Assembly (NCBI GenBank): GCA_001179505.1
Contig: CDMY01000635.1
Coordinates: forward strand, 62,001 to 126,000
Length of the DNA: 64,000 nucleotides
Direction of reading: 5' to 3'
DNA from: Vitrella brassicaformis CCMP3155
Taxonomy: Eukaryota; Protista; Chromerida
Positions 15,052 through 26,672 of this stretch are shown here, one piece after another. The notes below the pieces were generated by a model. It was not told the origin of the DNA. It made no database searches and saw nothing but the letters and a program-made list of their open reading frames with translations. The translations under genes were made by a program, and so were the position numbers. How positions within the stretch are numbered: position 1 is the first letter of the stretch; every line of letters begins with the position of its first letter.

Positions 15052-15245
15052 GGCAGATTGATGGGTCAATCGACGAAACACTCCACCGTCCGCATGTGGA
15101 ACAGATGATCTTCACTTGCTAATTCATGAACAGGAGAATGCCGAGGGCTCAGGGGAGGGTTTCAGGCCAAGGGTTTTGCAAGCTCGCGTGGTTCCCCTTC
15201 AAGTTCCCAAAAGACCGCTCTCCTCCCTCCATCCAACTCATCCCA
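15052..15245. promoter_or_regulatory. Bidirectional promoter spacer with AAGCTCGCG (15180-15188) and two AGGGTTT telo-boxes (15156-15162, 15170-15176)
   Basis: 194-bp spacer between divergent inferred ATGs; motifs read directly from the sequence and recurring in the other spacers. Confidence 0.6.
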
Positions 15246-15578
15246 ATGCTCTCTGCAATGCCATCCCTTCGATCTTCCATATCTTCGCCGGCAGCCATCC
15301 GCTTGGTGTCATCGAGCGCCCCGCAGCCCAGCGACCCCCTGCCCTCCCCTCAGAGGAAGCGGTGCGAGATCCTCGCCAAGTTCGGCAGCTTCTACAGCCT
15401 GGTGTGTGCAGTAGAGAAGGAGGCGCAGTACCGTCGGCGGCAGGAGGAGTCGAAGCTGCAGTGGGGTGCAGGTCACGAGTACAAGGAGTACCAGTCCAAG
15501 CTGCCGCCCAAGCAGTACGAGGGCAGGGGCTACATGAAGTACTGGTTCAGGAGGAAAAGGCCAGGAGCCAGGCAGTGA
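15246..15578 (+). CDS. Small basic intronless protein (~110 aa) with S/R-rich N-terminus, possibly mitochondrion-targeted; function unknown
   Basis: ORF MLSAMPSLRSSISSPAAIRLVSSS...GYMKYWFRRKRPGARQ*; no microsatellites, presequence-like N-terminus, divergent from ATR. Confidence 0.6.
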   Translation: MLSAMPSLRSSISSPAAIRLVSSSAPQPSDPLPSPQRKRCEILAKFGSFYSLVCAVEKEAQYRRRQEESKLQWGAGHEYKEYQSKLPPKQYEGRGYMKYWFRRKRPGARQ

Positions 15579-15860
15579 CAGACTGAGTGAGGGGGCTCTG
15601 GCTGGCTGCCAGTGGCTGCAGCTTGTGGTGCACTGATGGGATCTGGACAGTCGTGTGCGTCATGTTTGCTGGTACGATGAGATGAAGATGGGTGGTGTGT
15701 ACTGTGTGTGACTGTGACTTCCATGGACGGACCCTTTCATACTGACTGCATCAACAAGTGTAGAACACACACGGGTCTTGAATTACATCACAAAATCCCG
15801 ACAAGTACTTTGACTTGCCATTCCCCAGCCACCGACCGACACGCATAAGAACCACTCACT

Positions 15861-17790
15861 TCATTCCTCCCTCTTGCCGCTGATCCGCATTGGATCAGTC
15901 GCCTCCGTCACTTCTCTGCTCATCTGCATGTAACCCTCCACAGCCGCACCGTACAGACGGAAGTGCCACGCAGCCTTCTCTTCCTCCCCCTCGTTGTAGA
16001 AGTACTCGGCCACCTTCATGCGCTCCATCGGCACCTCGCCAACACGCCTCTTGCGGCAGCGGAAAAGCGCCACGAGACTCCCGAGGATGCCGCGCTTGTC
16101 GTGTTTGACAAGAGGCGGCTTCATGGCAGGGTGCTCCTTGCCTTCAAGCCGCTTGGCGAAGTAGGTCACGCGGAATCGCTTCGTGTTGGGGACAAGCGGC
16201 TCAACGGAAGTGGGATAGTCGAGGGCCTGATGCACACACAAGTGACGGGCGCAGTAATCGGGTGCAGGCAGGTGCTTTAAATCTGTTTGCTGTCTGTGGT
16301 CACTCACCAGCTGTATGGCCTCTTCGGGTAGGCTGGGCAGGGATGGGTCGAAGGCGTGGAAGAAGGTGTGACGCACATGGTCATGTCGGGGATGTTTCCT
16401 GTTGACCAATACCCACATATTCTGTGTGTGACACAACACAACACCACACAACACACACACGGACAGAGAGAACGAAACCTTGTCTTCTGCCTGCCTGCAT
16501 TTTGTCTTTCGGTTCGGTGGATTGGATGCTTACGTATGGTGAAGTGCAGTATGTGGTGCAGAGGTAGTGCTCCAGCAGGTGCATCTCCAGCTCGACGCCA
16601 TCCAGCTGACCCAGACGCTCCAGCACCGGACGGAACACGCCATCCACCACCTTACCCGCACCGTCAACCCACTGCCCGTATCTGTAGATAGCAACCAGAG
16701 AGTCAGTCAAGACGCGCCCATCCATCCATCCATTCTTTCTCCAGCGCCTCGCCCACCCGATGAGAGCGCATGGTTTGAGTCCCAGCAGCACGAACAGAAA
16801 GTCCCCGGCCAGACTCTGGTCGGCCGTCGTCGCCGGCACATCATGCTCCTCGTCGAGCGCCTCCCAGAACGGGATGCCCACCAGCCTGCAGCAAAGCAAC
16901 CAACAACCAGTCAGACACACAGACACACATGACGTGACACGCAGCCGTCTCCCCGCTGACCGCGACGGCTCACCTCTTCATGTCGACACAGTTGAGGTCG
17001 TCAAAGAACTTTTGCTCATAAGCCCTGAAGGTTTCGTATGACTCGAAGATGCGGGCCTTGGTGTCCGATGCCAGCTTTGCAGAGGGGGCGTCCTCGAGCC
17101 TGATGCCATCTGGCTGCAGGATGGCCTCGGACGCCACCACCTTGCTGCATGACTCGAACAACGCCAGCAGCTCCTCGAGCCGCCTCTTCTCGGCCACCCT
17201 GCACACACAAGACAGACACAGAGACCAACGGAAGGGATGTCCATGCCGCCTCTTTCCCCAGTGTCTATTTGTCGTACCAGTCAAGTCCAGATCTCAGGGT
17301 CTTGATGGCCTCCTCGTGCTTGCCCTGCCTCAGCTCAATGAACGCCTTGAACTCATGTGTCTTCTCATACTCAGGGTCCAGCGCCTTGGCCTTGACGGCC
17401 GCCGCGTGGGCGTCGTCGAGCCGCCCCACTGACAACGCGCACAGTGCCTGGCAAGCGAAGCACATAGCCACCTGATTGCTGTCCAGCTGCGGGAAGGAAG
17501 ACGCCAGCTCGGTAAGGAAATCAAAGCAGGCGAGTGCGACCGCCCAGCGGCCCTCATTCATCTGCCCCACAGCATACTGGAACCGTTGATGAAACTGCAC
17601 ACACACGCGCGCAACAATGATGGTGTGTGCACCCGAGGGCAGCAGTGCGTAAGTTTTCTCTGCTCACTTGCAGCAGATCTTCCACGGGCGCCTGCGAAGG
17701 CGTCGGCGGAGACGTCGACGCCGTGTCAGCGGCTGAATCGGTTTTGTTCTCCCCGTTGCTGCTCGACATCTTTGGACCAAAACCTTCCAT
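15861..17790 (-). CDS. TPR-containing protein with an uncharacterised C-terminal domain (GLKP...LDYP), multi-exon
   Basis: TPR-like helices 'ALCALSVGRLDDAHAAAVKAKALDPEYEKTHEFKAFIELRQGKHEEAIKTLRSGL' (17270-17480). Downstream exons in ORFs 16970-17284, 16381-16926 and 15861-16460 with GT-AG boundaries. Start at 17790 or 17769. Confidence 0.7.
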
Positions 17791-17957
17791 TCGTTGCCAG
17801 TGCTTCTCCGCGTTCGCAGCCAAGCTCGCAAAAGCCTAGGACATTGCGTGAAACCGCTCTCCCGGCTTGCAGATCTCGTCGTTGGACGATTGCTTTCCAT
17901 CTGGTGTCGTGACGGCTGCTGACGCTCTTCTTTACTCTGCTTGAAAGATCATTGAAA
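17791..17957. promoter_or_regulatory. Bidirectional promoter spacer with AAGCTCGCA (17822-17830)
   Basis: Short spacer between divergent genes containing the recurrent motif. Confidence 0.6.
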
Positions 17958-18857
17958 ATGAAGGTGGTTTCCCTGGGGGAAGGAGCGAGGCCGGCGGTTC
18001 GAGGAAACCTCAGGCTCGGCCTCTTGTTCGTCCTCGTCTCTCTGGAGCTGCTGAGCTCATCGCCGGCACCCTATCGACGGAGATCCACGCAACACGCATT
18101 CTTTGTTGCCCCTGCTCTGGGCAGGAGCAGGCCGCTGCATGCCGCCCCTCACACCGCCATCCTGTCTGCACTCATCCCCGGCGTTGCCTTGCTCCCCCTC
18201 ACGGCCTCAGCTGACGTGATGCTGCCGCCGGCTGTCAGCCAACCAACGGGCCTTCCCACCGCTCCTGAGCCATCGACCGCCGGTCTATCATCGTTTCTTC
18301 CCAGTCCCCTTGATCTGTCAAGTGTCGTGTTGGCTGAATCGACCTCATCAGTTGGTGAGGGCTATCGTGAGGGCATCAAGAACGTCGCCGCCGTGCAAGG
18401 GTACTCGCAGCTGGAGGAGCTCAGCTTCGCGGACTTCATGGAGCAGATCCGCAGCAACGCGGGGAGCAACCCGATCACTAGAGTGACCTTCATCGGCAGC
18501 AGGGCCGAGAGGTGTGTCGTCTTATACGCTGATGGGACTCGTAAGCGTCTCGGCGAAGGGTATCCACGTGAGTCGCCGACCAGCCAGGAGACGCCGCAGT
18601 GGGTGGTGGCTCGTGTGCGGGAGTTGAGGATTCCCTATGACTTCACCATCAATTTAGGTCCTGCCGGGATGGATGGATGGATGGATGGCTGTAGTTGTGT
18701 GCACTCATGCGTGAGGGTATTTGTTGTGTTGTGCTGTGTTGTGTGGTTGTGTTTAGGTCGGTATCGCGATCGGGGTGTGGACGAGAACTACATGACTCCA
18801 GGCGCTCGCAAACAAGAGATGCTCGAGCAGCAGTTTGGCAGACAGCAAACCAGATAG
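17958..18857 (+). CDS. Putative plastid (thylakoid) protein with bipartite leader and an FtsH-extracellular-like domain but no protease module; 2 exons
   Basis: Hydrophobic signal 'LRLGLLFVLVSLELLSSS', ASAF-like 'HAFFVAP', luminal-transit-like Ala/Pro region, then 'LSFADFMEQIRS..ITRVTFIGSRAERCVVLYADG..LGEGYP'. Intron ~18658-18757; stop at 18857. Confidence 0.6.
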   Translation: MKVVSLGEGARPAVRGNLRLGLLFVLVSLELLSSSPAPYRRRSTQHAFFVAPALGRSRPLHAAPHTAILSALIPGVALLPLTASADVMLPPAVSQPTGLPTAPEPSTAGLSSFLPSPLDLSSVVLAESTSSVGEGYREGIKNVAAVQGYSQLEELSFADFMEQIRSNAGSNPITRVTFIGSRAERCVVLYADGTRKRLGEGYPRESPTSQETPQWVVARVRELRIPYDFTINLGPAGMDGWMDGCSCVHSCVRVFVVLCCVVWLCLGRYRDRGVDENYMTPGARKQEMLEQQFGRQQTR

Positions 18858-19147
18858 GCCGGCAGTTAGATAGACACAGATGGTTGGTCCCTGCCTGGTC
18901 TACCTAGCCGCGCTGACGATGGTCCTGGTGGGATATGACACGTGCTGTCGCAGATAAGTCTTCCGAGCCCACCGTCGTTGGTCATTCTCCAACTCCCAGC
19001 ACGTCTTCTCCTCTTGAAAAACGCCACGTAAACCACGGGCGCCAAAGACGGGGGGTCGGTGGGGGCTGTGTGAGCCGCGAATCGTGGCAGATCTGGCACC
19101 AGCGTTTGTGTACCGTCAGCTAGTAGATCCCGTCGACCACCGACTCA

Positions 19148-21711
19148 ATGGTGGTGTCTGCGGCATCTCTCGTGCACATGCTTCTGGTCCTCATGGTCTT
19201 GATCTCCGTCCATGTGTCGTACGGCAGGCTGGTCGGCCACATGCAGCACTTTGCATTCACCCCCCTCACAGCCACAAGCCAACGGAGATCTCTCAGGACG
19301 CTTCTCAATCAGCAGCGGCGAGTCGAGCAGCGAGTCAGTCAGGTGCAGCCTGTCGACATCAATGCTCCCGCTCCTGCGCAAGTGCGGATACCTCTCAGCC
19401 ACTTCCCCCTCACTCGGGAAGACGGTGTCGACGTGGTTGACCCAGCAGCCGAGGAGCTAGCAAAGTTCGATGGCGATTTTGATAGGGATGATTGGGCTGC
19501 GGTATTCAGGACCCAGAGGGCGGAGTTCGCTTATCGGATACACCACGTGGAGGGCACCATCCCGCGCGACCTCAACGGAACCTTCTGGAAGATCGGGCCA
19601 GGTAAACCACCGAAGGGAGTGGGATTGGCGGCTGGCTGGCTGGATGAATGCGTGCAAATGCATCCTGTTGTTGTGCCTGCGTACCTTCAGCTCTTTTTAA
19701 GCGAGGCAACTCGACGATAGCCAACTTCAATGACGGCGACGGCTATCTCACGGGCATCTCGTTCCAGGACGGCCAGGCATGGCTCCGATCAAGATACGTC
19801 GTCACTCCCGACTACCGCCAGGAGTCAGCAGCTGAACAGTTCCTCTTCCGCGGCTGTTTCGGCACCAGACGCCAGCCAAACACCCCATACTCGCACCGAC
19901 AGCGCCTGACCGGCCTTATCAGGAGGCTGAGAGGGTCGTCAGAGGAGCCGTCGCAGATCGAGCACCTCGCTGAGAACGCCTTCGATGCCCGGCTCAAGAC
20001 CCCACCCAACACCAACGTGGCGTTGTTCCCCCAGAAAGACGGGAATGCCCCGCACCTTCTGGCACTGCACGAGGCGGGGCCGCCGTTCGCCGTCGAGATG
20101 AGTGACCTCTCGACGGAGGGGAAGGAGGACTTCGAGGGGTCGGTGCGGACGGAAGGCCAGACAGCCGGCATCTTCGGTCGCTGGCTTGACAGCCGGATGG
20201 GCATGGGGGCCGAGGCGGTCAATGCACACCCAAAGGTGAACACGGCGATGAATTGATAAATGAATGAATGCGCTGCACTGACAACGTTGGCCGTCTCCCC
20301 CCTGACAGGTGGATACTGAGAGCGGCAATGTGGCAATGTACACTTGGCAGACTCAGCCCTTGCGCGGCTCTATGAAGGTCTTCATACGAGAGTGGGCGCC
20401 TGACGGCACACTGCTCTCAACCACACCACACACTATGCCAGGTCAGTCAGCACAGGCAGGGCCCGCGGAAGCGCAATACTCGCGCATTACCGAGCTGTCT
20501 CTCTCTGCTTACGTGTTTGGTGTCGCCGTCCGTCAGACTGCTGTGCTGCCCCCCACGATTGGGCGCTCACCCAGTCGTATTACGTGTTGCCCGACCCCGC
20601 CATGTGCCTCCATTTGATGCCCTTTCTGATGGGAAAGAAAGGCCCTGCTCAGTGCATGGAGTAAGCACAGCCTCTGAAGCTAAACCCATCAACCAGTCGA
20701 ACATACATATGCCATCCATGGTTGTGTTGGTCTTCACAGGTACCTCGACCGGCCCCTCCGCTTCCACCTGGTGCCGCGGCCGAATGGGCCGCGGGCGGGC
20801 ACAGAGCCCATCCTGGTGGATGTGGGCAGGGCTGGGCTGCCGATGCACATGGCAGGATTTGACGACCAACACGGAAAGTAAGGGCGAGAAAAGGACTCTT
20901 GATTGAGGCAGGCAAATTGTCATAAGCTGGTTCTCCCATTTGGTTCAGTGTGGTGATATATTCTGAGGCGTGGAACGATGACATGCTCGAGATGCTGGAG
21001 GACGCCGAGTCGCTTTATGGCCACAGTGACCACTACTGGCCCGACTTCGCCTCATTCCCCAAAATCTCGCTCTACCGGTGAGTCAAACGAAGGAATACAG
21101 AGGCGTGTACGTGAATGATTGACACATGTCTGTGTGATCAGGATTGTGGTCGATGTGAGGTCTAGTCCCCCTCGTGTCATCGAGCACCGCATGACGCCGG
21201 GCCTCGAGCGGCTCTCGATCGCCCACCCACGGCCACATCCAAGGCAAGCCGCCCGCCCTCTCTGCCGTCATCACACACATCTCTCTCTGTCTGTTGGTCA
21301 CATGATCTGTTTGCGAATGTGTGCAGCCGTGAGGCGCTACCCTTCCGGCACCTCTACTCTATGCTGTGTCATTCCAAGGGAGGCAGATGTGCCAGCCCAC
21401 CGCAAGGCTGTGTCAGGCTCGATGTTGCCTCTGGCGAGGCTGATGCGTGGCACGCCGGTAGGCGGGCCTTCACCTCCCAGCCTGCCAGCGCGACAACCGA
21501 AGGGGCTTCCCAGGTCCCGAGCGACGAGATGGCGGGCTGGCTGCTGACATTTGTGCATGACGTGGAGGCCGGCCGCCCATACGTGGCTATTCTCGATCCC
21601 AAGGCCGTTCACAGAGGTCCTGTGGCCAAGGTGTGGCTGGAGCATCACGTGCCGTGGGGTATCCACACGACGTATGTGCCCAACGTGCACATGAAGCCTA
21701 TCGATGACTGA
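19148..21711 (+). CDS. Carotenoid cleavage dioxygenase / apocarotenoid oxygenase (RPE65/CCD family), with signal peptide plus putative plastid transit peptide, multi-exon
   Basis: 'VEGTIPRDLNGTFWKIGP', 'FNDGDG', 'PNTNVALF', 'LLALHEAG'; four Fe-ligand His motifs 'AHPK', 'PHDWALT', 'PMHMAG', 'PWGIHTTYV'. Leader 'MLLVLMVLISVHVSYG..HFAFTP'. Confidence 0.9.
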
Positions 21712-23651
21712 CTGACTGACTGACGGAGAAGGACTTGTGTGCGTATGGACATCGGGCCTGCCTGGGTGAGAGATGTGTGAGTGGGCACCAGGGAGGTAGG
21801 CAGGCCTCACTGTTCCCTCCCCGCCTATGTACAAGCGAAAGGGAGTCAGATAAGAACTGAATGCCTGCATGTCTCTCTCTCTCTCTCTCTATGTGTGTGT
21901 GTGTGTGTGCGTGTGTGTTGTTGGCACCCATCCGTACCGCATCGAGAAAGACTGTGAGGTGTACACAGGGCTGTCAAGGCCATACGTCGCATATCCGGTC
22001 ATCCGTCCGTTCATACCGAGGTAGAGGGGAGCCGGGTGTGGTGAGGGCGCGCGAGCGTGTGTAGACGAGGGAGGGGAGGGGAGCGGGGTGGCACTTCAAG
22101 CACTTCCTACTCGATTGGTCTACATTTCTTTTTCTGTGTGCACGTCTGCGTGTGGGTGTGTGAGTGAATATGTGTGTGTGAAAGGATTCATGACGCGGGG
22201 GTGTTGGTCGATTCATGCTCCCTTCATGATGATTTTGCCCCCTCAGCACTTCCCTGCCTGCCTGTGTGTGTGACCTTTTAGTCATCGATTGCGACTCATT
22301 TTGGCGCGACTGAGTTTTCTTCCTCTCTGTGTCGATACATGACAGATACGCGCGCGAGAAAGAGAGGGAGAGAGAGAGAGTGAGTAGAGCGTGGCGTGTG
22401 GTGTAGTGCAGTGTGCGGGCTTTGTCAGGAGAGAAGTCAGTCTGTAGGACACTGAGTGAGACAGCCAGTGAGTGACTATGAATTGGGCCCTCGGGCGTGT
22501 AGGATGCATGCCTATATTGGTTGTTGAGCAGTATGGAGTCCATCAACCAGATCAATGAACGAGGCGAGCAGTTTTATGCATGGTCGTCGAGTTGTCGGAC
22601 TCTATGCTCCAGCAGCCATCCATCGGCATGGGCGAGCTTTAGTGCGTTCGGGGACTTGATGTGTTCAATGCGGGCAGCAGCGATCTCAGTTGGTTGAGCT
22701 CAAGCCACATACACGTACACACACGCGCTCATCTGTCCACATCAGACATACCAACACGGACATTCATATGGATGCAGGAATCATCCTCTGTAACAACACA
22801 CACAGGCCCTCAGGGAATGATGCGATCGCCACAAACCGATCAGCCATCTGTACACAGCTGCCCCAACCAAATACACGCCACGCCCACATGTACACATGTA
22901 CACACACACACAGAAACACACACAGAAACACACACACATCCATCCACCACACCAACCGAGGGGCGGGTGCAGGGGTTCCACGTGGGAAGGGAAACAGCCA
23001 AGCCAGTCGTGGACAAAAAGACGCCGGGACTTTGATACGCGACAGTCGGTGGGTGAGGTGGGAGGTAGTCATGCGCCTGTCTGGTACGAGCAGTAGTGTA
23101 GTGGCTCTTTGCACAAAGCCATCGCAAGCCAGAGCCAGTGAGTCAGTGTGGGTGCGCGGGATGCACCGACGACGACAACGTCAGTCAGTGCATCCACTCA
23201 CCAAACCGATGAGACACTCGCGCGGGGTTGTGTGGGAGCTGATGGGCGGCAAAACCGACACGAATACGGTTGTTGGACGGTTGACATGCAGCATGGAGGA
23301 GGAACACACATATGCACAGACAGACAGACAGACGAGTATACTGCACGCGATCCGTGTGCTTGGAAAATCCCCGAGCGGAAACAAACTCTCCCTTTCCTTT
23401 GGAAATGCAGCCACACACATATATATTACATTCCCGTACGGACACATGAAGACGGAAAAAGGGGCTCCAGACACTCTGCAAGCAGTGTTCGCAGAAGAGG
23501 CGTACGTATGTACACAGTACTTACGTGCTTCACGTGCGTTGTGAGCACACCCCAACCTCACACACCACGCCGGCGACGCCAAGCCCGCACGAGAAAGGCT
23601 CTCTCGACCAGGCTGACGTCACCGATCCTCCGGCGAAAGGGAGAGGCGCAC

Positions 23652-26384
23652 TCACACGTGTGACACACTGGGTGTTTCGGGAATGAATGGCCCTCCAGCT
23701 TCGATTCGACCCCTGGCTAACCAGTCCTCCCACCAATCCCCCCTGAGCACCGCACCCCACCGCACCCAAGCAGCAAGGCAAAAAGTCAAAACTCCCTCCA
23801 CACCCGACACGCACGCCCCCTCCCTCCCTCGCTCCCCTGGTCCTCCTCCTTCAGCCCACTTGTGCAGCTGACGACGCACCTGTGGTGAAGACGAACCCCG
23901 CCCCATACCTGGCCCTGCCCTGGTTGATGTGTGTGCCGACGGCCTCCTGGATCGCCCGTGCTGTCGTCTGTGCCTGCTGGTGGGCGGTGCGGTGTTGGTG
24001 CTCGCATGGCGCGGTCTTGTGTGGCGGCGGGGGGCAGGAAATGAGTGCGGCGGCCATGGTCTCGGGCAGCTGCTTGTGAACCACCATGTCGAAACACGCC
24101 ACACCGCCCCAGGTGCTCGTGTGAGGCACGATGTCCAAGTGCCTGAGAGACGGACGGGGAATGAACGAACACCAAATGGATGGCGACCTGGTCGTGTCGT
24201 GTCGCGTTTAATTAAGGCAGTCAGTCAGTCGCACCAGTGATATGATCGTTCCCAGTCTGCCTCGAGTGAGATGCCGCCCGCCTTGAGTCTGGACCTCTGT
24301 CTGCTGTGGTTGTGCATCCATTGGGTGCTGTTCTTCTTGACGGGCGTCGTGCGGACGATCACATTGTAGTCGGGGTCACCTGCAAATATAAGATCATGGT
24401 ATGTATGTATGGTCAGTCATTAAACCCCTTTAGCTGCTCCGCCCACCCACTGACTGACCGAGTGCGTGGTATAGCATGTACAGGCAGTTGTGGAGTGCCT
24501 CCGACAGGTCATGCAGCTCCTCGGACGTGGCGTCCAGGAAAGAATGACTGTGACGCCTGAAGACAGAAGAACAAACCACACCACACAGACACCCAGCAAG
24601 GCACATCACATGTGGGAGCCTCTTGGACGCCTGTGTGTGCTGCCTGCCAGGTGTCTGTCGGTCTGTCCGTTTGACTGACCGTGGTACGATCCACATCTGG
24701 TACGCCCGGCTGGCTGCGTAAGGGACGAAGGCAACAAACGAGTCGTTCTGGAACACCACACGCGTACCTGGAAAACACCAACAGACACACGGGATACATT
24801 ACTTCCATGCAATGGACCTCCATCGGTCAGATCATGTGTGTCAGTCAGTCCATCTGTCCATCCATCCATCCATACCATCTCCCTCCAGGTCTTTGAGTTC
24901 GTCTTGCAGCACTCGACAGAAGACGCAGCTGCCCTGCTCGTCGTGGAACCGCCGCGCCCAGTCCAGCCGCTGCAACGTCACACTCGGGATCACCGGCAGA
25001 CCAACCACCTGGACCCCAACAGGCAGCAGCACATCAGTCAGGGGGTGGGGTGCCTATGGACAGTGGGGGGGTATGTGATATGATGTGTTGTTGTACCTGG
25101 AAGTGTGGGTGTTCCAGGCTGCCGCCGGAAATGAGGCCGTGGTTCTCGAACAAGGCCACATACCGAACGCTGCACACATTCAGTCACACATACAGGTAAG
25201 ACGCCACATGAGTCTGTCTGTCTCTGGCTGGCTAGGCTGCCCAACGTACGTACCGTGAGTCTTCAGCTGCCACCTGCCCCCTCAGCTGTAGCGTCTCGAG
25301 GATGGACAGCACCTCCGACGGCCGCATCAGCGCAGGGCACGTGTTATGGTGCGGGTGACTCACTACTACCTGCATCGCATCGCATCACACACACACACAA
25401 TGAAAACCGTGTGCACGGGTGATCATCGAATGAATCGAGTTGCCTTGCCTTCCCACCTCACCTCCTGTATGCCGGCCCCCGTCACTTGTGGGTGCAGGCC
25501 GAAGAAGCCGCACTCGACGTACCGCCGATCACGGGACAGATACGGGAACTTGTTTGGCACCACTCGAAGCAACCTACACACAAAATGGAACCAATCATGT
25601 GGGCAAACCAAGCAGTGCACCCACCCCACCCGCATCGCTCTCTCCTTCCCTCCCTCCCTCACCAGTCGCTCTTGTGTTCATCGTCCCCGGTGTGCACCAC
25701 GCCACTGGCCGCAGGGTTGGGTACCTCGTACAGCACTGGCGGACATGACGCCTCATTGCCGGGGCAGAATGGGCAGTCGGCAGCGTGCCGCGGCCGGTCC
25801 TCGGTGAGGCTGGAGGGTGGGTCGCTATCGGGTGAGGAAGTGGGGCCCTCGCGTGCCTTGTTGTTGTGCTGCTTGTAGGTGAAGGGCTTGTTGCCCACCG
25901 CCGGGCTGTACATGGACCAGGTGCCCGTGGCGATGCACTGACGAATAAACGACTCGCTCTCGGCAGGCGGACAATCCCGCCAAATGATGCCCGGGCCAGC
26001 CAGCTCGGCGAGCGAGAGGTTCCTCCCTCGCTTGGGCACATGGCAGTAGTCAGGATAGCCCCAATCATCGGCGCCATCCTCCTCCTTCCGCGGCTCACCG
26101 TCGGTCTCAGGCACGTCAGGGAACGACGACTGGCTCCACACGTCGGTGTTGTTCCCGTCTGGCGCCCGTCGCATCCCCGCTGGCAGTGGTGAGTGACCTG
26201 TCGTGCTGCTTCCGTTGAGGCCGTGCGGCATGGGTACTCGGCTGGGTCTGGTGTTGGCGGTCATGGTGAGGCTCTGCTGCGGCCGCTGGGGAAGGGGTGA
26301 AGAGGGTGGCGGCACGTGGGGAGGGCGGAAGAGAGAGCATGAACGCCGTGACAGCGTCCATGAGCGGGACGGAGATGACTGCAT
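23652..26384 (-). CDS. GALT: Galactose-1-phosphate uridylyltransferase (GalT/HIT superfamily; plant ADP-glucose phosphorylase-like), multi-exon; 3' end uncertain
   Basis: 'IRQCIATGTWSMYSPA', 'CPFCPGNE', 'RVVPNKFPYL', catalytic 'ENHGLISGGSLEHPHFQ' (25096-25165), 'VVFQNDSFVAFVPYAASRAYQMWIVPR', 'HWHLDIVPH'. Exons after ~24060 form an extension whose splicing is ambiguous. Confidence 0.85.
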
Positions 26385-26672
26385 CTTCAAGTTCAACTCA
26401 AAGAAAAACTCGAACAAAGAAGGTCAGCTGGCTGTGCTTGCTGCCACACAATAGGCCAATTCAGTGCTCCGCTTTTCTCATCCAAAACCACGTCTTTCCC
26501 CCCAGCTCGCCTGGAAGCTACTAAGCTCGCAGGGAAGAGGGGGGGCGAAGAGAGGAGAGCGGAGGTGAGCAAAGACAGGCGCACCACTATCCAAAACACC
26601 AGATCAATCGATCGCTTGTGTGCGTGCGCAGGCCAAAACAATTGGGCCAAAAGAGTTCAATTGACTGAACAC
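26385..26672. promoter_or_regulatory. Bidirectional promoter spacer with AGCTCGC (26504-26510) and TAAGCTCGCA (26522-26531)
   Basis: Two motif copies in a 288-bp divergent spacer. Confidence 0.6.

Noticed and set aside
22690-23544. 284-codon plus-strand ORF
   Set aside because: Non-ATG start and mostly translated (CA)n/(GACA)n repeats; no domain.
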